Shown here one piece after another: positions 1-7,345 of a DNA stretch of 8,920 nucleotides. Positions within the stretch are counted from its first letter, which is position 1; the number at the start of each line of letters is the position of its first letter. Made by a program: the position numbers and the translations under genes. Below the pieces are notes generated by a model. It saw nothing but the letters and a program-made list of their open reading frames with translations, had not been told where the DNA came from and searched no databases. This DNA is from Naegleria gruberi (lineage: Eukaryota), in NCBI GenBank assembly GCA_000004985.1, contig GG739048.1, one strand, 5' to 3'.

Positions 1-1
1 A

Positions 2-205
2 CCATCATCTCCTTCAAATGCACTAACAAATCCAAATGCAACTCTAAATGATAAAAAGAAAACAACAAGTACCACTTCAAAAGAACAATCAAATTTACCT
101 GAAATTGAAAAGACATTTATTTCATTAGTGAGTGGTGATGCAATAGATCAATTACCAACAATAATTGATCCAACTAGGAAATCATCTCAAACAAAGAAGA
201 AATAA
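2..205 (+). CDS. 3' terminal 67 codons of an unidentified protein-coding gene, truncated by the window start and converging on the Ku70 3' end
   Basis: Frame 2 is open from position 2 to a TAA at 203-205 and has no Met. It reads PSSPSNALTNPNATLNDKKKTTSTTSKEQSNLPEIEKTFISLVSGDAIDQLPTIIDPTRKSSQTKKK*. Codon usage is A-rich and typical of Dictyostelium (aaa, caa, tca, cca, aca) and the sequence is not low-complexity. I recognise no homology by eye. Confidence 0.4.
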   Translation, partial: PSSPSNALTNPNATLNDKKKTTSTTSKEQSNLPEIEKTFISLVSGDAIDQLPTIIDPTRKSSQTKKK

Positions 206-240
206 TACTATTACAATAATTATATTACTATCAATAATAC

Positions 241-246
241 TTTATT
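241..246 (-). terminator. Candidate poly(A) signal AATAAA for the Ku70 transcript
   Basis: Plus-strand tttatt at 241-246 is AATAAA on the minus strand. It lies 19 nt downstream of the Ku70 TAA stop (265-267) in the 59-bp convergent intergenic spacer. Confidence 0.35.
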
Positions 247-264
247 AACAATTCTAGGAAAAAA

Positions 265-1906
265 TTAAATCTTTTTCTTCTTTTTCAAAAATTCAGTAAT
301 TCTTTCAATTAAATCCTTCTTACTTCCACTCACTTTCAATTTGTATTGTTTACAAAATTCTTTCAAAATATCTACTTTCAATTTATCTGCTTTACCATCT
401 TTAATTAATTGTACCATATCAATTTCTTCTTCTTCTTCATCAGATTCAGATAATTCAGCCTTCTTTTTCTTTGGCTTTTTTTCTTCTTCCTCTTCAGATT
501 CTTCTGCCTTTTTACGTTTCTTGGAATCATTAGTCTTTTTACGTGTTGCAGTTTTCTTTTTAGATGTTGATTCAGATACATCTTGAGAGTCTGCTGCTGC
601 TGTTGTTGCTTCTTCTTCTTCTTCCTTCTTAACCTTTGAAGAAGAAGTACGTGTTGTTGATTTTGTCAACTTTTTAGAATCAGGATCATAATCAGAAGGG
701 AATATCATATCTTTAAATTCATTCATTAAATTTTCATACTTCTTCATACCCTCCTTATCAGGTTTTAAAACATCTTCAATTTGTTCAATATTTGAATGTT
801 CTAAAGCTAATGCTTGTAATGATTGATAAAATTGTTGAAGTGATGGATTTGTAAATTCATGTGGATTAAAATCTATTGTTAATTTCTTTGTAATCTTTTT
901 AGCTAATTGAATATGTTTATCAGTTGGTNNNNNNNNNNNNNNNNNNNNNNNNNNNNNNNNNNNNNNNNNNNNNNNNNNCCCCTGATACATTTTTTAATTG
1001 TTTAATATTGGTTAATTCTTCAAGTGTAAATTCTGATTTATGTCCTCCATATTCATAATAATATATCATATCATTGGATGATGATGATGAATTTGTAAAT
1101 TCATTGGTACTACTACTAGTTGTATTATTATTATTATTATTATTAATAGTTGTAGTTGTAGTAGTAGTTGAAGATAATTCATTTTGTAAAATATTATTAC
1201 CATTTCTCATTAATTCAGTACCTGTATCTTGACATATAAATTTAGTTTCACATTTTAATAACTTGTTTGTATCTGAATGTAAATGAACTGCTGCTGGTTT
1301 TCTAGTTTTACTAATACATGAATATAATGTACAATTTAAAATTATAGAATTATTACTATTATTATTATTAATATCACCAATAATAAATGGAATTGAAGTA
1401 ATACCTCTCTTTTTAAATTCTCTCTTTCTAATTTTATCTTTTAATTCTTTTAAACCATTTTCAAGACAATCATATTGTATTCTACCAGTATAATCATCAT
1501 CACTAACATGAATTAATTGTTTCCAAATTAAATCAAATTTAAAAGTATTGGCTGGTATTTTTAATGAAAATAATTGAATTTCAATTTCACTATTCATTAA
1601 ATCTCTACCACGTTCAATGGTTTTTAATTTTGATGATTGATCATCTCTATGTGGATTATCATCATTTGTAAATAAAAATATACGTTTAAATCCTAATTTA
1701 GAATTTGCATTAGAAAGTGAAAATAAATGTTGACATGTCCACAAGGCTTCATGTAATGTATTAGATTGTACATTAATTGTACTTGTAATACTTTTAGAAT
1801 GTATTAAACTTTCTATTTGTTTAATTCTTTTAGCATCTGGTATATCTAAATCTTGACATACATAAATATTAGAAAAATCAAATTGATTTTGTTTTTCTTT
1901 ACAATT
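265..1906 (-). CDS. ku70: Ku70 (XRCC6-like) ATP-dependent DNA helicase II 70 kDa subunit, NHEJ DNA-end binding; partial, with N-terminus in the gap at 1907 and an internal 50-N gap
   Basis: The minus-strand translation aligns with human Ku70 along its whole length. NIYVCQDLDIPDAKRIKQIESL matches [31 protein letters not shown]...KRIFLFTNDDNPH matches VLWVCANLF...KRIMLFTNEDNPH. Past the 50-N gap, FTNPSLQQFYQSLQALALE matches FENPVLQQHFRNLEALALD and MNEFKDMIFPSDYDP matches VDEFKELVYPPDYNP. A C-terminal SAP motif LKVDILKEFCKQYKLKVSGSKKDLIERITEFL follows. The frame is open from 1906 to 1745 and continues the listed 920-1744 ORF; that ORF's leading 'M' is a TTG Leu codon. The frame changes across the N gap, as expected for an unknown-size gap. 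Confidence 0.9.
268..381 (-). other. C-terminal SAP DNA-binding domain of Ku70, preceded by an acidic/Lys-rich linker
   Basis: LKVDILKEFCKQYKLKVSGSKKDLIERITEFLKKKKKI has the SAP consensus (L..L.V..LK..L...GL...G.K..L..R) and aligns to human Ku70 [32 protein letters not shown]. Upstream lies EESEEEEEKKPKKKKAELSESDEEEEE. Confidence 0.7.
929..978. other. Assembly gap (50 N, conventional unknown-length placeholder) inside the Ku70 coding region
   Basis: A run of exactly 50 N. The Ku70 reading frame differs on the two sides. About 175 residues of the Ku70 core (human ~270-445) are missing between ...LKNVSG and PTDKHIQLAK.... Confidence 0.95.
1078..1192 (-). repeat. Low-complexity Thr/Asn/Ser tract inserted in the Ku70 beta-barrel region, encoded by trinucleotide repeats
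   Basis: The protein reads NELSSTTTTTTTINNNNNNNTTSSSTNEFTNSSSSSND. The DNA is runs of tac/tag/tta/ttg/tca triplets (e.g. tactactactagttgtattattattattattattattaatagttgtagttgtagtagtagttg). Confidence 0.7.
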
Positions 1907-3376
1907 NNNNNNNNNNNNNNNNNNNNNNNNNNNNNNNNNNNNNNNNNNNNNNNNNNNNNNNNNNNNNNNNNNNNNNNNNNNNNNNNNNNNNNNNNNNNNN
2001 NNNNNNNNNNNNNNNNNNNNNNNNNNNNNNNNNNNNNNNNNNNNNNNNNNNNNNNNNNNNNNNNNNNNNNNNNNNNNNNNNNNNNNNNNNNNNNNNNNNN
2101 NNNNNNNNNNNNNNNNNNNNNNNNNNNNNNNNNNNNNNNNNNNNNNNNNNNNNNNNNNNNNNNNNNNNNNNNNNNNNNNNNNNNNNNNNNNNNNNNNNNN
2201 NNNNNNNNNNNNNNNNNNNNNNNNNNNNNNNNNNNNNNNNNNNNNNNNNNNNNNNNNNNNNNNNNNNNNNNNNNNNNNNNNNNNNNNNNNNNNNNNNNNN
2301 NNNNNNNNNNNNNNNNNNNNNNNNNNNNNNNNNNNNNNNNNNNNNNNNNNNNNNNNNNNNNNNNNNNNNNNNNNNNNNNNNNNNNNNNNNNNNNNNNNNN
2401 NNNNNNNNNNNNNNNNNNNNNNNNNNNNNNNNNNNNNNNNNNNNNNNNNNNNNNNNNNNNNNNNNNNNNNNNNNNNNNNNNNNNNNNNNNNNNNNNNNNN
2501 NNNNNNNNNNNNNNNNNNNNNNNNNNNNNNNNNNNNNNNNNNNNNNNNNNNNNNNNNNNNNNNNNNNNNNNNNNNNNNNNNNNNNNNNNNNNNNNNNNNN
2601 NNNNNNNNNNNNNNNNNNNNNNNNNNNNNNNNNNNNNNNNNNNNNNNNNNNNNNNNNNNNNNNNNNNNNNNNNNNNNNNNNNNNNNNNNNNNNNNNNNNN
2701 NNNNNNNNNNNNNNNNNNNNNNNNNNNNNNNNNNNNNNNNNNNNNNNNNNNNNNNNNNNNNNNNNNNNNNNNNNNNNNNNNNNNNNNNNNNNNNNNNNNN
2801 NNNNNNNNNNNNNNNNNNNNNNNNNNNNNNNNNNNNNNNNNNNNNNNNNNNNNNNNNNNNNNNNNNNNNNNNNNNNNNNNNNNNNNNNNNNNNNNNNNNN
2901 NNNNNNNNNNNNNNNNNNNNNNNNNNNNNNNNNNNNNNNNNNNNNNNNNNNNNNNNNNNNNNNNNNNNNNNNNNNNNNNNNNNNNNNNNNNNNNNNNNNN
3001 NNNNNNNNNNNNNNNNNNNNNNNNNNNNNNNNNNNNNNNNNNNNNNNNNNNNNNNNNNNNNNNNNNNNNNNNNNNNNNNNNNNNNNNNNNNNNNNNNNNN
3101 NNNNNNNNNNNNNNNNNNNNNNNNNNNNNNNNNNNNNNNNNNNNNNNNNNNNNNNNNNNNNNNNNNNNNNNNNNNNNNNNNNNNNNNNNNNNNNNNNNNN
3201 NNNNNNNNNNNNNNNNNNNNNNNNNNNNNNNNNNNNNNNNNNNNNNNNNNNNNNNNNNNNNNNNNNNNNNNNNNNNNNNNNNNNNNNNNNNNNNNNNNNN
3301 NNNNNNNNNNNNNNNNNNNNNNNNNNNNNNNNNNNNNNNNNNNNNNNNNNNNNNNNNNNNNNNNNNNNNNNNNNNN
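1907..3376. other. Assembly gap (1470 N) hiding the Ku70 N-terminus and 5' region and the Mpv17-like C-terminus and 3' end
   Basis: A continuous N run. The listed ORFs 1853-3382(+) and most of 1846-3849(-) are just X-translations of N. Confidence 0.95.
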
Positions 3377-3849
3377 AAATAATCCCTTTTCAGTTTATCA
3401 ACAATTCTATTTCCTAAATTAGTATCATCTTCTATATTAGTATTATTTAATTTTTCATAAAAATATTCTAAACTAGTTAAACTACTAAAGAAAGCACCTA
3501 ATATAACAGGTGTAAAAACAAATTCATCTAAAAAAACCTTTTTTGAAATTTGTTTAAATTTGTTATTTTTTGTTATAATAATTTTCTTATCTAAATATTT
3601 ATACCAAATATGTGCACAAGGTGCAAATACAAAACTACCATATAAAACCATTCTAGTAATTCTATTATAATCAATTGATGTTGTACCTTCTAATTTTTGA
3701 CATATAAAATCACCTGATCCAAATAGAAATGATGCAGACAAGCCTTGTGTTAAAAATGGATATTTCTCTAAACAATGATTATATTTAGACATGTAATGTT
3801 TTATAAATTGTTTAAATGGTGATGATTTTAATCTTTTAAAATGTGTCAT
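3377..3849 (-). CDS. Mpv17/PMP22-family (peroxisomal/mitochondrial inner-membrane) protein, N-terminal ~157 aa; C-terminus lost in the gap
   Basis: The ATG at 3847-3849 opens MTHFKRLKSS...YPFLTQGLSASFLFGSGDFICQKLEG...RMVLYGSFVFAPCAHIWYKYLD...FLDEFVFTPVILGAFFSSLTSLE...KLKRDY. Hydrophobic segments and the KL(K/Q)RDY motif match human Mpv17 (...TAGSLMGLGDIISQQ..., ...LDQGGFAPCFLGCFLPLVG..., KLQRDYPDAL). About 50-60 further C-terminal residues are expected. Confidence 0.75.
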
Positions 3850-3990
3850 TTTTTTATATGTATTTATATTTATATATTTATATGATGATGATTATATGAT
3901 GAATTGATTATGATGAAAAGAGTTGATGATAGTTATGTGTTGGTTGGATGATAATCAACTTGATGAATTGTCAATGATATTGAAGCCTTT
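3850..3990 (-). promoter_or_regulatory. Putative promoter / 5' flank of the Mpv17-like gene, with an AT/TATA-rich core and a cluster of TGATGA (minus-strand TCATCA) repeats
   Basis: tttttatatgtatttatatttatatatttatat lies directly upstream of the ATG. TGATGA recurs at least six times in 3880-3990 (gatgatgattatatgatgaattgattatgatgaaaagagttgatgatag...ggatgataatcaacttgatgaattg). Confidence 0.25.
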
Positions 3991-4119
3991 GAAAATTATA
4001 CTATGTACACAAAAATTTAATAATACACTCTCTTTCCAATATATATATATTATTTATATTGTTATTATTATTATTGTTATAATAAATGATGATGGTGGTG
4101 ATGATTTATGGATTATATG

Positions 4120-4560
4120 AGAGAGAGAGGATTAGAAATTAAAATAGCTCTCAATAATGATAAATGGTATTGGTGTGATAGTAGTAGTGAAATATTCGCT
4201 TGTTTTTTTTTGAATCCAAAGGTATGAAGATTCTCTTGAGTGTTGGTGTGCTGATGATTAAAATGTTTTTGATAGAATATTCAATCAATTAATTGTACGA
4301 GCAATAATGGAATGAATGCGAAATATTATCAAAATTATATGCGTAAGCAGTTATTGATATCAAATTCCGATAGAAGGTCGTGTGGACTCTTTCGGAAATG
4401 ATAGGAAAAACACATATTGATTAAATGATTGAATCATTACGGTAGTTAGAGTAATATTTGATTTAGTTACTACTCTTCTATTGTGGATATAGTTTGTAAT
4501 GATCATGATTTATTACAAGTATGAAGTAATTAGATGAAAGTAGTTGTAGATATTTAATAA
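4120..4560. other. ORF-free block of moderate GC and G/T-skewed plus strand, contrasting with the flanking AT-only spacer; candidate non-coding RNA or repeat remnant
   Basis: It opens with (ga)6 at 4121-4132 and carries a T9 run at 4203-4211. Complex sequence such as gtgtgctgatgattaaaatg and gcgtaagcag is present. An inverted repeat TTCCGA(4365-4370)...TCGGAA(4392-4397) gives a 6-bp stem with a 21-nt loop. No frame stays open beyond ~20 codons. Confidence 0.3.
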
Positions 4561-4893
4561 TAATAACATTTAAATTTATTATAATAAAAAAAGTCTAAAT
4601 ATGACCAACGGTATTTATCATTATTATCATTATTTGATCCTCTAATCATTTTTATTATCAATAACAACAATCAATATATTACATTCATATCAAATTGATC
4701 ATCATCACAATTATTATTAATATCATTCATATATTATGAATACAATTTAAATTACATCATTAATTTTCGGAATATTAATCTAATACTATAAAATGATATA
4801 ATAATATAGTATTTAGTGGAGAGGGAATATTTTGTGCATTATTATTATTCTGTGCTAGTTGTGGATATTTAAGAAGGTATGATTTTATTAATT

Positions 4894-5010
4894 TATATAT
4901 ATCATTTAAATTATCAATTATATATTAATATATATATCATTTAAATTATCAATTAAATATATTAATAATATTTATATATCATTTAAATATGAACAATTAA
5001 ATATTAACAA
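4894..5010. repeat. Imperfect tandem repeat, 3 copies with period ~35-42 bp (unit tatatatcatttaaattatcaatta...)
   Basis: tatatatcatttaaattatcaatta occurs at 4896 and at 4931. A degenerate third copy, tatatatcatttaaatatgaacaattaaatattaacaattaaatat, starts at 4973. Confidence 0.6.
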
Positions 5011-5649
5011 TTAAATATAATATAATATTAAATTTTAGAGTTCCAAGAATTAAACAATATATGGAAAATAGAAAAAAAGGATTTTTTGGAATATTTTTTA
5101 AAGGATCTGTAATTGGAATACGATTACATTATATTGTTTCATTATTTATGATTATAATGTCTTTTTATATTTTATTTTTAAAACCATAAATGTTAATTTC
5201 AAAATCTCAATATAAAATATTATTTTTATTAAGAAATAATAATAATATTAATTTAAAATTTAATAATTTTATTATTAATTATATTTTATTTTTATTTAAT
5301 AATTATAATTATTTAATTGATAATAATTTAATTTATTATATAGATTTATTAAATAATTATAATTATAATTATATTCCTATTTTTATATTTGATTTAATGT
5401 TTAAATTAGAAGAATCTATTTTATTTTATAATTTATTTAAAAAATTATTAAAAATTAATAATAATAATTTAATTTTATCATTTAAACAAACTAAATTTAT
5501 TTTAAATAATTTAAATTTAAATCAATTAAATCATTTATTATTTCATATACATTATATTTATACTCGTAAATATTTAAATTTTAAAAAGAAACATTTTATT
5601 TTATTATGGAAATTAAATTTAAATAAAAAAACAATTATTTAATATTTTT

Positions 5650-7330
5650 AAATTGGAATTGGTTCTTTAGTTTAAAAGTAGTTTTTCAGTATTTGTTGTT
5701 GACATTTTTGAAAACATTTTACATCAACATCTATATAAAACATTATCATTCATCATCTTGAAGTAACTTTTTTCTACAGATTTGAAGTGTTTAATATTAC
5801 TAATCAATACAAACAAAATAACTCAACACAATTTATCTTCAACATTCTTTGTATCACCCTATTTGCCTTTTTGGAGGCTCACAAAGATCAATTTGCACCC
5901 CTCACCAAGTCAAACCCTTTCAATTTTTATTTTTCGTTAGACAGAGGTTATTAAGGATTCAGTCCACCAACCCTCAGTAATCCTGGAACTAACCTTGAGG
6001 TCGAAATTGGTTACTATGATTTTTAGTTAAAGATATATCATTCTTCATTTGATTTTAAGTTATTAAACATTTATTATTCTTTTGAAATATATAAGATGTA
6101 TTTTCATTGCTTATATTTTTGTATGTGCACGATTAAAAACACGTACTTAAAAGGAACGTAACAAAAACAAATATAAAGTCATTACATCAACCACTATCTT
6201 TTACATATCATTGACAAACAAGAAATACTTTGAACACAACTGTAGTATAACATGTAGACAACACCATATATCTAACAATTGTCATTATTGTTGACTAAGT
6301 GTATAATAGGAACGAGCTATTTAATTATCCTAAGTGCATAAGTTATTCAAATATTAGAATCGCTGGTAATTAGTGAATGCAAAATGAGCCAACTACACAA
6401 TTTAACTGTCAATCAAACGTTAAACCAAAATGGCTATGGTTACATCTATTAAATATGTTTCAAGTTGAGAATTGAACAAACACCAAATCGACTTGTATTG
6501 TTGAATAAGTAAAAGTGTGTTGCTTATTCGTTGAGATTATTTATTATTAGAGGCCCTAACATGAAAAGGGATAAAGTGGTACATAAGAGTGTACGCTCTA
6601 TTGTCAGAGAGTGTGCCCTTTAAAACACAATTTTTTCCATGCTTGCTGCCCTGAACAACAGTACAAGAAAACATAGTCATGACAATATATGGAAGCTCAA
6701 AAGGATTTGGATCCCTACTTACTAATCCAAAATAATAAAATGTTGATTGGTGAAATAATATTATGTGCCATGTATTTCAATTCTTTTGTTTTTTGTTACT
6801 AAAGATCATTACTTTCTTTCCACCTGATTGGTTCAACCGAGTCTTACTTTTCTTAGAATTATTATTATTACTATGCTCTACATGCACATCACGTACCTAA
6901 TATCCAAATGTAAAAGTATAATTTCAAGTTAAAAAGATAAATGGTTTTTCTGTCACCATTTTTAAGAAATTTGACAAGACATACATAAAACAGAAAATAT
7001 TCAACATAAAAACACTAAGGGCGATAAATTTTTGAGAACAATGTTGGGGCGTTTAATTGTGCGTATTTTATGTCAATAACGTGTACCGTTACCCCTTATT
7101 CAAACAACTGTATCCACATTAAAAAATCAACACACTTTTACCTATTCAACAATAATGGTTGCTCAACCTTCGGAAAGGAGAAACTCTTATCCATCCACCT
7201 TAAAGGATTGGTTTCAGATGGACCACTCTGTGCAGAACCAATTAGAAATGTTAATTCAGACGAAGCTTCTAATCTGAAGATACAACTCCACAATCAGTTG
7301 AATTATTCATTAAAAAAATAATTCCTTGAA
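5650..7330. other. 1.7-kb compositionally anomalous, ORF-free block (about 35-40% GC versus under 15% in the adjacent spacer); candidate degenerate mobile-element fragment or long ncRNA locus
   Basis: The sequence is high-complexity (ggaggctcacaaagatcaatttgcacccctcaccaagtcaaaccc, gtgtacgctctattgtcagagagtgtgccc, gttggggcgtttaattgtgcgtattttatgtcaataacgtgtaccgttacccc). The longest ORFs are 20-83 codons. Those ORFs use G/C-ending codons (tcg, agg, cag, gtg, acg, ctg, ccc) that Dictyostelium genes avoid. It lies in a 3.5-kb intergenic interval. Confidence 0.35.
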
Positions 7331-7345
7331 CTTTGTTAAGAAAAA

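Noticed and set aside
341-586. 81-aa plus-strand ORF (MYCLQNSFKISTFNLSALPS...SSSSSDSDNSAFFFF)
   Set aside because: It lies antisense to the well-supported Ku70 C-terminal coding region. It is low-complexity Ser/Phe, produced by reading the Glu/Lys/Ser-rich antisense strand.
1846-3849. 667-aa minus-strand ORF and the 509-aa plus-strand ORF (1853-3382) spanning the N run
   Set aside because: Both are artefacts of translating 1470 N as X. Only the 3377-3849 portion (Mpv17-like) is real sequence. The Ku70 frame at 1745-1906 is a different frame.
3923-4120. 65-aa plus-strand ORF MMIVMCWLDDNQLDELSMILKPLKIILCTQ...
   Set aside because: It uses TTG/CTT/CTC Leu codons atypical of Dictyostelium genes. 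Its second half is a translation of (at)n / (att)n simple sequence. It is more likely promoter DNA of the divergent Mpv17-like gene. A tiny first exon cannot be fully excluded.
4121-4140. agagagaggattag resembling the U6 snRNA ACAGAGAAGATTAGC core
   Set aside because: The highly conserved flanking U6 sequence (GATACAGAGA...CATGGCCCCTGCGCAAGGATGACACGC) is absent.
5061-5642. Two back-to-back hydrophobic ORFs (42 aa MENRKKGFFGIFFKGSVIGIRLHYIVSLFMIIMSFYILFLKP, then 150 aa MLISKSQYKILFLL...) joined by taaatg, suggestive of an organellar-style operon or NUMT
   Set aside because: The sequence is over 90% AT. Phe/Ile/Leu/Asn/Lys/Tyr-only proteins are the expected chance product of such DNA. There is no recognisable motif or homology. 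I kept it only as a remote possibility.
5954-5964. tRNA B-box-like strings: ggattcagtcc at 5954 (RC of a GGTTCGAATCC-like motif), ggttcaaccgag at 6829-6840, ggatttggatcc at 6703-6714
   Set aside because: Each has two or more mismatches to the B box. Flanking sequence cannot form the T-stem, the acceptor stem or an A box at the right spacing. No tRNA gene is supported.
7070-7321. 83-aa plus-strand ORF inside the anomalous block
   Set aside because: Its codon usage is rich in G/C-ending and rare codons (acg, ccc, ctg, cag, tcg). It has no recognisable domain. It is probably a chance frame in complex non-coding or degenerate repeat sequence.
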